Source: Nemertoderma westbladi (lineage: Eukaryota > Animalia > Xenacoelomorpha). Taken from it: 64,000 nucleotides of DNA. The notes under the pieces were generated by a model. The model had not been told where the DNA came from and searched no databases. It saw only the letters and a list, made by a program, of their open reading frames with translations. How positions within the stretch are numbered: position 1 is the first letter of the stretch; each line of letters begins with the position of its first letter. The DNA lies in assembly GCA_032718475.1 (NCBI GenBank), contig JAUCBJ010008288.1, forward strand, positions 20,883-84,882, given 5' to 3'. The position numbers and the translations under genes are program-made. Shown piece by piece: positions 50,691 to 62,737 of the stretch.

Positions 50691-51101
50691 GTTACGCGGC
50701 AATCTGGGATCTACAGCTGGACTCGTTACACCGCCTACGCCCCAAACTGCGCACGTAACGGACAATGAAGACGCTAGGAGTGAAGTCACGTGGGTGCACC
50801 AGGGACCCACCAGAATAACACTCCCAACAACATAAAGCTCAGTCGACGAAGTCATGTGGGATGGGGTTACGCAACATTCTGGGATCTACAGCTGGACTCG
50901 TTACACCGCCTACGCCCCAAAATCCACGCAACGGTCCCACCAGAATAACGCGACTGAGAAACATAAAACCCTCTATCGTCGAAGTCACGTGGATGCACCA
51001 TGGACCCACCAGAATAACGGGATAGAGGGGGTGTTGCGCGGCAATCCGGGATCTACAGCTGGACTCGTTACACCGCCTACGCCCCGAACTGCGCACGCAA
51101 C
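50691..51101 (-). repeat. Three copies of a ~68-nt structured repeat between pol and the accessory gene of element B
   Basis: Invariant core GGGGCGTAGGCGGTGTAACGAGTCCAGCTGTAGATCCC in copies at 50691-50759, 50866-50931 and 51033-51101. Confidence 0.85.
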
Positions 51102-51380
51102 GGACAACATAACATACTGCGATGAATACAATGAATTCCACTTCAAATCTTTTCCATTTCCAATAATCCAATATCGTAGGTCCTGATGACCAAAATCAGG
51201 GTAAACAATGCATAAACGACCCTGCGTCAGCCGAAACATCTGCAGGGTGATGCTGGACTCCACATAACACACGAGGAAACACAAATACCATTGCGTGGTT
51301 ACAGTTGGTTTAAGGGGGTCCATAACTCATTGTCGATAAATCACAGTTTTATAAGAGTTTGTCAACATGATGAGAAAGGT

Positions 51381-54300
51381 TTAAACGCATTTATAATTGT
51401 CACCAATGTCCACAGTAGGATCCGTAGGGAACTTATCACCTCTTGTAGAATCACCACTGTCATTGCCTTCAAGAAGGCACAGCTTCTGGATGGGGCGTTG
51501 GTAGTGGCCCGCCTTCGTTCGTATCGTCACAGTCCTCGCAAGTCCGTCTTTGCTTGGGTGTATGGTCACGACCCGCGCCACAGGCCAGTGAACGCGGTCT
51601 TTGAGATCTTCTCTAACTAGTACCATGTCGCCAACTGCGACGTTCCGGTGAGTGTTGTTCCATTTCCTCCTGGTCCGGAGGGTTATGAGATATTCCTGGG
51701 CCCAAATCCTCCACCAATGCGCTGCCAACGCTTGGGCCTTTTTCCAGTTTGTATGTTTCGCGATCTCGTTGGGATCCGGGAACATGGTTTCCGGGAGGAG
51801 GTGGGTTTTGGGTCTCCCCAGTAAGTGGTTAGGAGTGAGGGGTTCCAGGTCTGTGGGGTCGTCGCGGATAGGAACAATGGGTCGGTTGTTCAGGGTAGCC
51901 GTGATCTCGCAGAATGTTGTGCGGAGGGTGTCATGGGTTACCCGGGTATCGCCTAGAGCGACGCGCATGGACCGTTTCACTAGGTCGATCAGTTTCTCCC
52001 ATACCCCGCTCGTATGGGGTGCTAAGGGGGTCTGGAAGTGCCACTGTATCTGGTGTTCCTTCCAGACTTGGGATGCGGTGTTATCGGTAAACCATCCCTC
52101 GATCGCCTCTCTAAGTTCTCTTTCTCCTCCCACAAAGTTTGTACCATTATCGGAATACATGTGGCGACATGTTCCGTTGTTCGCCACGAACCGACGCAGA
52201 GCGTTGATGAATGCGTGTTGTGTCAAATTTACCACGATATCTAGGTAAATTGCCCTAGATCTTAGGCAGGTGAAGATGGCTCCCCAGCATTTGATGTTGG
52301 ATCGTCGTTCAATAACCGTGAACGGTCCGAAACAGTCCACTCCGGTGACGTAGAATGGTGGGGAATCCGCTTGTAGACGGGTGGCTGGTAAGTCGGCCAT
52401 CTTTTGGGTGATTGGTGGCGCTAGGTAACGTCTGCAGGTGAGGCAACGTTTCAACACTTTCCGGATCAGTGGCTGGATGTGGGTGATCCAATATCTTTGT
52501 CTTATATTAGCTATAATCCAATTCTGTCCTGCGTGGTGGTTGTCCTCGTGACATTGTAGAATTAATAGCTTAGCTAGTGTCGACGTTCCGGGCAGAAGCG
52601 CCGGGTATTTAATCTCATATTCGACCGGGGCGTTTGCCATCCGGGTATTCAGTCGGATCAGTCCGTCCTCTCCCATCATTGGTCTCAGTTGGTAGACTGG
52701 GCTGTCCGGTTTCAACGTTTTACCCGCACTAAGTTGTTCCCATTCATCGGGGAAACTTTCTTTCTGGACATATCTAACAATACACTTCTCCGCAATAATG
52801 AGTTCTTGTATATTCCGTTGAACTATCGGTTTGTTGTTCTTCCACCGTAGGAAGTTGCGAAGGGTTATAACGTGGTGGACGAGCCGTCTCATGGATGAAG
52901 TTCGCTCGATCAACCGATGTAGAGACGTCGCTAGTTGAGTGATCGTCGCGACGTTATAGTGCCTGCCCGAGTCCTTTGCAGGCTCAGTCAGACAACTATA
53001 AATTTCCACCGCGTTGCTTCGATGGATTTTACGGATTTCTTTATCGTCCTCGGAGTATTTTCCGCTATCGAGCTCGGGGTCGAATCGGGTACTCCATGTT
53101 AATTGTGGCTGCCGTAGGAACTCCGGGCCTGTAAGCCAGAGTCTACTTTTACCGAGTTGTTTTGGGGTGGCGCCTCGGCTTGATAAGTCCGCTGGGTTTT
53201 CCTTCCCGTTCACGTGATGCCACTGTTCTCGGCCGGTACATTGTTTAATCTCCGTGGCTCGGTTTGCAACAAACGTGGTGTGACGCCGTGATGGAGAGTG
53301 GAGATAATAGAGGACTATACTCGAATCTACCCAGAAGTGTTGAGATTCTATGGGGATCCGTAGATTCCGCTGGCCATGCGATTCTGTCTTACTGCCCAAA
53401 CTGCAGCTTGTAGCTCGAGTCTCGGAATCGTTGCTACGAATTCCCCGGATACTGTTTTTGCTTTGGAAAATAAGAAGCTTGTATCGCCGTTTCCATCGTT
53501 ACTTAGTCTCCGTAAGAAGGTGACTACGCCGATTCCGGTATTCGAAGCATCCGAAAAGGTGTGGAGCTGGAAGATATCGGTGGGCAATTTATCGAGGAAG
53601 AATGGTCTAGGTATCCGCATAAGATGTAAGTGTTCGAGCTGCTCCGTCCATTTTCTCCATTTGACGCTGAGGTATGGGGGGAGCTCTTCGTCCCATCCCA
53701 GTCCTTCTATCCACATTTCCTTAATTAGGTTCATTCCGGCCAAGGTTACTGGAGATATGAAATTTAGTGGGTCGAAGATGGCGCTTTTTATCGACAAACA
53801 TCCCCTTTTTGTCATAGGCTTGGGTAGGGGTTTATACTTGAAGATGAATTCGTCTGATTCTATGTCCCATTCGATCCCAAGTACACGAAGTTCCACATCC
53901 TCCGAATACATTTTGTTATCTTCCAGCCGGATGTCCTCCGGAAACTTTTCCATAAGTGTTTTGTCATGGGATCTGAACTTTACGAGCGGAAACCCTCCTT
54001 TCTTTAGACATTCCACCATCCCCATTGCTAGCCGATATGCCTCATCCACGTTATCCGCGCCGGCGCATCCGTCGTCCACGTAGAAGCATCGTCGAATGGT
54101 TTCTATGACGGTTGGAGGGAACTCGTTTTCGCACATAGTTGCCGTCCTCTTTAGCATGTCACTGCATGCTACCGGCGAGTCCTTAGCGCCGAAGATCCTG
54201 ACGACCATACGCATTACGTCTACGTCCCGTATCGTGAGTTGGCTAATCTCCTGTTGAGTAAGCGTTTTATCCGTCCATAGGATACGTAGACAGTCCGAGT

Positions 54301-57300
54301 CTCTTGGTAACGTACGAACTTGATGAAACATGGCCTTGATGTCACAGGTGAATGCTACCCGGTTTTCCCTGAACCTGATCAATACGCCGATGAGTGTGCT
54401 ATATATGTTGGGTCCTGTGTAAAGTTGACTGTTTAGGGATTCGCCCTGGTACATAGCGGCAGCGTCATTTACCACTCGGATTTTCCCACCTTTGCGGGCT
54501 TCTACTACATAGTGGGTTGGGAGATAATATGTTCTTTTACCACCTTGCAGTTCATTCCGTGGTACCATTTCTGCTAATCCATCATCGAGATATCCTTGGA
54601 TTACGGTATTATATTTCTCCTTTATTTCAGGTTGGTCATTCAGCCGGCGTAGAATCCCTTTAAGTCGTTTAAGTGCCATGCTGGCGTTGTTTGCCATTGG
54701 TTTGTTTGGATCCTTCCATAACATAGGTGAACACCAATGTCCGTCTTTAAACGTGGCCTGGTCGAGAACGTCCATACAATATTGGTCCTCTTCGGATGGG
54801 TTTTCGTCCTTTTCCGCGAACTCCTGGGTCTCCAAATTAAAATATTTCGTCATCTCTCGTTGGGTTTTCTCGGATTCCAGAAACAAATCCTCGTCAAGAT
54901 CCGAAGCTGAGCAATAACCCACGGAGATTACATTCTCTTTAATCTGACATTTGGGAAGGTAGGTATAGGTGTCCGTAGTTTCCTCCTTAATGCCGCAGAG
55001 TGTCCATCCCATTATTGTTCGTTCAGCATAAAATCCGTCATCCTGGTTTATAGATCGGGCGATATCTCCGGTGGGGATGTGTAGTTCCGGTGTACAGTCC
55101 GATCAGTAGGGTGATACGGTTTACGTCCAACTGCGGACACCTCAGGTCTACATCGTCCCGGTCCAATTGTATGAGGGGGGCGTACTCGGCTGATTGTCGG
55201 AACCGCACCCGGAGGTCTGTGTGTACCAAGGCGTTCTTTATAGTTAACTTAGCCATTTCGTAGCCCTTCATCACTCCTTCCATCTGGAGTTGCACCTCCC
55301 CGGACTCTACCTCTCTGTTATCGGTGATGGTTTGTATGGGCCGTTTACAAGGCTCATATTCTAGTCCGAGTTGCTCGAGAAAGTCCCGGTCGATGATGGT
55401 TCCGTCAGACCCGTTATCGAGGAACGCGAGTGTCGTTAAAGATTTACCGACTCCTTGGATCCTTACTGGGATTACCTTTGCGAAAACCATGTAGCGGCGA
55501 TTTATAAGATTAATCGTGGCCGAAATATTTGTTACTTGTGGTGTATCGGTGGAGATTTTAAATGGGTTGGTTTCTCTCCGTTGGGTTGTCCGGGTTCCTT
55601 TGAAGACGTGGTTTGTTTCTCCTCTTCGCCTGGCTTCGATCCGAAAGGGGAGGGTAGTAAAATCGAAGTTCGCGGGGATGTGGAGGAGCGTGTGATGGCG
55701 TTGGTCGTTACAGACAGCACAGCACGACCTTTGGTCGCAATCCCAAACGTAGTGACCTGTTCCAAGACACCGGAAGCATCCTCGGTGTTTCATTATCGCC
55801 TCGAAGCGTGGGACGAGGTCGGCGAACTGAAACTTTCTGCAGAATTCCACTTTATGTTTCTCCCCACAGAAGAGACAGAGCAGGGAATTTGTGATGCCTT
55901 CCCTTTCGGGTGCCCAATTCGCGAGATAACATGCCCATTCCTCGGCGGATGTCGGTTCCTCGTAGTCTTCGTCGTCGGAATCCTCAGCCATGGTGATGGC
56001 CATCGTACTCACCGGTGGGGGGCGGAATCTCGGTTTCGGAGGGGTTATCTTACCCCTGGAGTTGCTCTCTATTCCGTCCAACTTTGCGAGACTTTGTTTG
56101 GAAAACATCGAGTCATTCATGGCTTCGGAGATATCGTCCAGGAATGCCGACATCTCAAGGAAGCTAGGATCTCGATCTGGATGTCTGCGCCGGAGGTCTA
56201 CACATTTATAAGCCCACTTACTTTGTAGCCATCCGGGGAACTTCCGGGCGATCTGTCGGAGGTTTAGGATGTTGTTCACCTGGTCCTCCTTATTCAAGGG
56301 TTTCAGAGTATAGTAGGCATCCTTCATAGAGTCGGAGAATTCCTGTATGTTCTGTGGGTCTCCTAGTGATCCCGCGTCCTGTATCAGTCTCTCTAGAGTT
56401 TTATTAATTATAGTTCCGGTATTTCCGTATCTTTTATCCAGAGTTTTCCATGCGTCATAGTATGCCTCATGAGAACCTCCTTCAAAACATGCAATAATTC
56501 TGCGTGGTTTGTCACCCAGGTATTGCGATAAATATACCAATTTCTGTGCGTCGGCTATGTCCGTTGATCCGATCTGCGCAAAGAACCGTTTCTTAAATCT
56601 GAGGTAATCGACGGGATCCCCTTCGAAGGTGCGAATCTCCATCTTAGGCATGGCAAGGCGGTTCTCCAACGCCCGGATGATGCTGACGTCATCTGAACTG
56701 GAGTGACTCGGAGGGTTATAGTTATTGGCACTCACTCCCATACTTGATGGATCAATAATAGGTGGAGTTTTAATAATGACGCGGCTACGAGTTTGTGGTG
56801 TCGATGTAAACGGGTTATTTGAACGGGGAGTGGCGTCCCGTTCCGAGTCCTTTTCAGGCTCGTACTTGGGTACACTCGCTGTCGTGGTGTTGGATGGGAA
56901 ATAAGGTTCCTCATTATTTAGCGTAGCTGGTGGGGGATGGAACCCCGGGGCTTGTGCCGATAGCGTAGACTGTTTGGTGGGCGGGATCTCGGGTTTCGGA
57001 GGCTTCGCCGCTGTTGGTGTAAATGACTTTTCTAACTCTGGTACCGGAATTGGTTCATATTCCTGATCTATATCCCTTTCCCAGTCCTCGTAGAGTTGAA
57101 TATCTCGTTCTATAAGTGCGGCTTCGTATTCTGCGAGTTTTGCAATATCCGCATTCTTTTTGTGGATGAGAATTGCTTGGGCCTCGGCGTGTTGTTTACG
57201 CATTTCTGCTTCCCATTTACGTTGTTCGATCTCCCGTTCGGCTTCTCGTCCGCGTTGTTCGGCTTCCTGTTTGCGTTGTTCGGCCTCGTGTTTGCGCTGT

Positions 57301-58106
57301 TCGGCCTGTCGTTTGTCCTCGTGTTTGCGTTGTTCGGCCTCTCGCCTGCGTTGTTCGGCCTGTCGTTCGTCCTCTCGTTTGCGTTGTTCGTCCTCTTGCC
57401 TGCGTTGTTCGGCTTCCTGTTCACGTTGTTCGGCCTGTCGTTCGGCCGCTTGTTCGGCCTCTCGCCTTTGTGTTTCTGCAGCTAATACATCTTGCTCGGC
57501 TTGCAGTTGAATATACTCATCTTCCATCCGAGCTTTGAGGGCTAATGCCTTCCGCTCTCGCAGTTGGTCTCGGAGTGGCGGCGCCCCTTGAGAACTGCGC
57601 GCTGAGCCGGATATCTCGCTCCTAGCGCTGGAGTGCTGATTTCTGGTGGACCCCATTCTCTTGCGATGTACTCCTGTCCTGATGCTGGAGGATCGTACTG
57701 ATTCCGCGTCTGTTCTTTCAGCCCTCTTGTAATACTGTTCCTCATAGCCTCTCACAAGGCTGAGGGTCCTCCGGTGTTGTTTGCGGAACCCATCTAGATG
57801 TACAACGTGTTCTTCCAGCTTGGGGTAGTTTTCCAGATCGGTGGGGGGAACGAGCTCTTGGTACGCCTGTATCATTCTTTCATACCGCTGTAGGATATTT
57901 CGGATACTTTGAAGCTGAGTTTGTACCTCATTGAGGGGGGTTTTGACTCCCTTGAGTTGTTTCTCCATCCGTTGATACGCTCGGGTTACTCCGCCTTTAA
58001 GAGCCCCTAACCGACGGGTCATGTTCTTGACGTTTGGTACCTCGTCGGCTTCCGAGTCTGTGTGGTGATCCATCTCGTCGGTATCGGATACGTTATTTGT
58101 GGTCAT
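51381..58106 (-). pseudogene. BEL/Pao gag-pol of element B (two frame breaks, near 55030 and 53370)
   Basis: Gag FEGDPVDYLRF and three knuckles; protease AFLDNGSDGT; RT FYVDD; RNase H TFSDASN; integrase HHCC, GVDCFGP, YSDNGTNF, WEKLI; 21-bp QRxxEAE coiled-coil repeat at ~57200-57470. Confidence 0.93.
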
Positions 58107-58297
58107 TGTAACGCCTCGTCGATGGCGAGATACGCGATGTCGTAAAACAGTTCCTCAGCACTCAGCTTGTACTCAGCTTGGACCACCCGAACAGTAATCC
58201 TGAATCGTCCAACGTTCGTTCCTTGTACCTCAACTTCGACGTGCCAGATTCCTGGCTCAACTTGAATTATATCAATGGGTGTGATCGATACTTCCAT
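58103..58297 (-). CDS. Small upstream ORF (64 aa) whose stop overlaps the gag start codon (ATGA)
   Basis: ATG-initiated, protein-like composition, 4-nt ATGA overlap at 58106-58103; no family recognised. Confidence 0.4.
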   Translation of the reverse strand: MEVSITPIDIIQVEPGIWHVEVEVQGTNVGRFRITVRVVQAEYKLSAEELFYDIAYLAIDEALQ

Positions 58298-58943
58298 TCC
58301 CTGTTAACAACTCTCCCGAATTGTGATCTGCCGACTACGAGTTGGTTAGATCGAGTTTGTTGTTTAATTAAACCACGACTTTGTCTCAACTCAAATACCA
58401 GAGTTTCCTCGTAGTGGGTGCTGGCAAGCACGTAGAGAGTTTTTGAAGAGTATTGAAGGATTCTCAACTTCCACCAGTTGAAGTTGACCGTAATTATCCT
58501 TAATTTTGACACCGTGTCAAAATTAACCGCATTAATTATTCTTAATTTTGTTGCCGTTATTCCTACACCAAGGGGAAAAACGCCGATGCTGGAGACGTGA
58601 CTTAACAGACCACCGAGCCCCGGCCAGTCACCGGATATTGATTGTGGGGAGGGAATATTTCTAAGATGCAAGTTTGCGGTTGAGAAAAGCTGCATTAGTT
58701 GGATATACTCTTTAATGTAACTTCCTATAGTTGAAAACCTGATTAAGAATAATTTTGGGCTTCCCCAAATCAATATACACCAAATATTCACAATAATTAT
58801 ACACGATAATATAAATCCCTACGGTATATTATTTAATAACCCACTGTTCACTCAGAATTTTAGCCTACCTAATGTTCCCCAGATTTTCCCTCAGTCCCAG
58901 TCTTAGTGCCGTAGTGTCGGTGTCGGTCGACCCTGTCGCGTGT

Positions 58944-59709
58944 CCGTTCCACCCCTCACGAACCCCGAAGGGAACGATCATCGAGAACCAGCCCGGCTTG
59001 GCTAAGGGTCGGTCCAGTCGGTAGACTCTGTCGCGTATCCGTACCACCCCTCTCGAACCCCGAAGGGTTCGGTCATCGAGAACCAGTACGGCTTGGCTAA
59101 GAGTCTGTCGTGTCGGTGGACCCGTTCGCGTGTCCGTTCCACCCCTCACGAACCCCGAAGGGTTCGATCATCGAGAACCAGAACGGCTTGGCTAGGGGTC
59201 CGTCAGTTCATTACAGAAACCCAACCACCTAGGCTTTCCGAGTCCGTTTCAGGCTCGTAGTCGCTTCGGCAGCCGAGAAACTGCTCCGAACAGTCGGTAG
59301 GCCAGTAGAGTCTAGTCGAGTCTAGTCCTTTGTCTTTCGACCCCATCGCGTGTCCGTTCCACCCCTCACGAACCCCGAAGGGAGCGATCATCGAGAACCA
59401 GAACGGCTTGGCTAAGGGGTCTGTCGTCGGTTCCCGTCGCAAATCCCAGTCAAGCAGTCAGCGTTCCGAGTTCTTTTCAGGCTCGTAGTAGCTGCAGTTG
59501 ACCCGAGACCGCTAAGGGCAGTCCTTGTCAAACCAGTCCTGTGGCCAGCCCTTTCGCATGTCCGTCCCACCCCTCACGAACCCCGAAGGGATCGGTCATC
59601 GAGAACCAGTACGGCTTAGGTCAGGGGGCAGTCTTAAGTTGGCCACCTGTTCGCGTGTCCGCTCCACCCCTCACGAACCCCGGGGTTCGATCATCGAGAA
59701 CCAGAACGG
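58944..59709 (-). repeat. Six ~53-nt kink-turn/UUCG hairpin repeats in the 5' LTR of element B (three in the 3' LTR, 46587-46942)
   Basis: Copies start at 58944, 59039, 59134, 59354, 59562, 59659. Sense strand CCGUUCUGGUUCUC-GAU-GAU-CGAACCC-UUCG-GGGUUCG-UGA-GGGGUGGAACGG. Confidence 0.85.
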
Positions 59710-60134
59710 CTTGGCTACTAAGGGGCCGTCGGTGCCCGTCGCAAATCCCTGACACAAGCAGTCAGCGTTCCGAGTTCTTTTCAGTCTCGTAGTAGCTGCC
59801 GTTGGCCAGGGACCGCTAAGGGCAGTCCTTGTCCTTTAGGCCTGGCGCATTACCAAATCCACCCCTACAGGCAGCAGGAAGTTGGCCAGGGCCTAATAGT
59901 ACTCAGGCTAACCTGAATACTGCTTGCATTTTCCATCCCCCCTGGCCCTTATAACTATGAAATTATTCCCGTACCCTGTAAGTTGCCCCAAAGTTCGCCC
60001 ATAAATCGCCCCCAGTTTATTGAATGTGCCCAAAACCCATGGTCCCGCACCCAGTAGTAATATCGGAATAATCAATTTTAATAAAATACAAAAATATTCA
60101 ACTCGCGTTATGGAAAGTTGAAATACCGCGAACA

Positions 60135-60772
60135 AAAGCAATGTCCTGCAATGCGGAGGCGATTTTGTTCTAGTGTCAAGCTTGGGGGAACCAATGAGAC
60201 ACCTCCAATGTTATATAGTGTCTGGTTGGAGATGTGTGCATTGTACTTGACACAATGAACCCGGCGTAGCATTCTTGTGAATGTGCCATCCAGAGATTTG
60301 GTGTCCTCAGCAGTTAGAGACCAGCATGGACTCCCATAGAGGAGTACTGAAACTACCGCTGCTCTAAATAATCGGACCTTAAGTTTCCGATTAATTCTCG
60401 GTGACTTCCAAATCCTGGAAAGCCTATTCAAGGCTGCCCATGCCTTTCCCTTACGTATTCGTAGGTACTCACCTGACTTCCGGATCCATGATCCCAGGTA
60501 ACAGAAGTCGTCCACATGTTCAAGCATACCATCCAGACTGGCTGAGGACTTTCAAAGTTAACTGTCAAAATTTTGGTCTTTTTGGAGTTAATAAAAATAC
60601 CAACACTAGAAGCAGCCTGTTCTAATCAGCTGAGGAGCCGTTGGGCTCCCTCTAGTGATTTTGAGAGTACTCTTAAGTCATCAGCAAAGTCTAGATCAGT
60701 TAGGTACTTAGAAGGATTTCCCCGACTTCTTGAGCTAGTCGGTACGGTAGAGTTACCATCACCCCATCATCA
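60135..60772 (-). mobile_element. RTE-clade LINE fragment (upstream part of the copy split by element B)
   Basis: ORF 60108-60527 (VDDFCYLGSWI, LLYGSPCW, RMLRRV) matches the copy at 62903-63976. Confidence 0.9.
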
Positions 60773-62737
60773 GTTAGTTCACTTTACGTCTATACTTTCA
60801 GTGATGTTGTATACATTTCTCAATTCAATATTTATTTGATTCATTCTCAGGTGTAATAATATATTTCGTTACATCCACGATGAGTAATATAGGTGTCATC
60901 AGGGACTGTTGTTATTGCAATAATTGTATCCTAGCTATTATCAAAAAGACTATAATGTACCTTAGTCTGGGCACGACTATCCATAAAGGCCAATTTACAT
61001 CATAATATGGTTTATTCGTTTTAAATAGTTTGATTTCGTCCTTCAATATATAAATTACATGTCAGTTCGATGGGCGCACCAAGTGAAATGACTACACCAT
61101 TATTTATGCCTCATAATTCGAATGATAATTTCGCACCATTAACCAACAATTATTACTGGGATAGTATCCTGGGATATTAAACTCATACATAAAATTTTAC
61201 ACGTATGCGAATTTTAGCTCAACAAATTAGTCTGCATAATACTATATAACAATATGAGAATGTATTTTATGAATATGGGAGTAACATGCCTCGCCTCTAT
61301 GTTTACTGTGATGAAGCGAAATTTTGTGATAGTAAAATATAAAATATTTATGCCTCGGGGGAAATTAATGTTCCCACATGGTATCAACAAAATCTAACTG
61401 CATGCCGATTTCTGAACGATTATCAACTTATATCAGAAATTGAACAACGTAATCCGCATGGTGTTCTACAGTTCTGTGCTGTACTGTACAGTACATACAG
61501 CAGTTATCACTTTTCTAGGAATCCTAGCCTGTGTATTTGGTAGCATATCATTCCACATAGATTGATGAAAGCCGCTTGCTTATCCTCGCTTTTGCGACCA
61601 AATATGTCTTGTCCTTGGGAAGAAGATACCGCTATCTAAAATTATGTTGTGTACAGGTAATCCAAGCATTGATTTTTTTCACTCACCAGGGAGCATTTGA
61701 ATTGAGATAAAATGAAATGTAATAGGGGTTTGTTGGATGTGCGAATCAATATTAATAGCACAGGATGCAGACAGGATAATGCATGACATTAGTTATCCCC
61801 TTGCAAATCTCAAATTTCCAGTTTCTCATGGAATAGTTTGCTAATGGGAATGTTATTTTGCTTTCTTGTTTATTTTGTATTATTATTAAATTGTTTCTTT
61901 TAGTAGTGTGGGGCGAGCCACGAAGTGAGTGAGCGAAGGCCCCACGAACGTGTAATTATAAGTACATCTGCAATTGTCGTGTAATACTGTAAGACGTGTA
62001 TGTTACCTTACCAGAGAAAGTATATATATGTTTCCATGTAATTTTGGACTGTATTAAGTCACTGTGTATAATCGATTGTTCTTCCAGCATAAGTAAGTAT
62101 ACTGTATCCCAGTACCATATATAGGTATCTCTGTAATTTTGAGTAATATTGTTAAAGTTTATAAATCTGTATCAATATGTCTGTATGTAAAGTTGAATTG
62201 TTCGTTATACCAGCATTAGTAGTACGTATATATGTAGCACTGTAATCCCTTTGTGTTTTTCGTTTGTTTGTATATGTATGGCTGTAAATTTGGACTGTAA
62301 TATGTATTGTGTTTACCAAACTATTTTCATCTTAGAAATGATATATTAAAAATATAATGTGTTCAGGAAGTCCACAAAAAAATAATCCCAATAGTGACAA
62401 CACTTTCAATACTAACATAAATTTCGAATTTACATAATATTAGTTATTCATAACCACATATGTTTGAAGGTCAGTGTATGTATGACTATCCTTACGATCA
62501 AGCAGTCCTCCAACAAGAATGATTTAAACTAAACTATGCGATTTCATCTTAAATATGTTAGTATGTTAAATAGGTTGAGCTAATGTAATGGGGATAAATT
62601 AAATCCTTCCTTCCTTCCTTGTCAATGTTTCAATGTCTATTCATTTTGCAGAAACAAGCTGGGAACAAGCTAATTGGAGCTGGATCGATTAGGCAAACTA
62701 GTAGAAATTTAAGGGAATAATATATACTGAAACAGAT

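Larger units (their letters stand above)
46195..60134 (-). mobile_element. Large BEL/Pao LTR retrotransposon B (13.9 kb) with accessory exonuclease gene, inserted in an RTE LINE
   Basis: 3' LTR 46195-47367 (1173 bp) and 5' LTR 58549-60134 (1586 bp); 5-bp TSD AAAGC (46190-46194, 60135-60139); PPT GGGGGGGAC adjacent to 47367. Confidence 0.95.

Noticed and set aside
58458-58476. TGGTGGAAGTTGAGAATCC as the tRNA PBS of element B
   Set aside because: It lies over 70 nt from the LTR end, too far to define the U5 boundary, and sits within a hairpin repeat. A tRNA scan would settle it.
58944-59709. LTR hairpins as SECIS elements or hammerhead ribozymes
   Set aside because: The AUGA/GA core is present, but the upper helix is only 7 bp with a UUCG loop and no apical AAR. 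There is no CUGANGA plus GAAA three-way junction.
58267-59792. Short ORFs in the LTRs of element B (and 24489-24689 / 41831-42031 in A)
   Set aside because: Duplicated only because LTRs are duplicated; frames are broken between LTR copies or derive from repeats.
61686-61800. Possible upstream GPCR exon ending at a GTGAGT donor
   Set aside because: No frame gives recognisable TM1-TM3 motifs.
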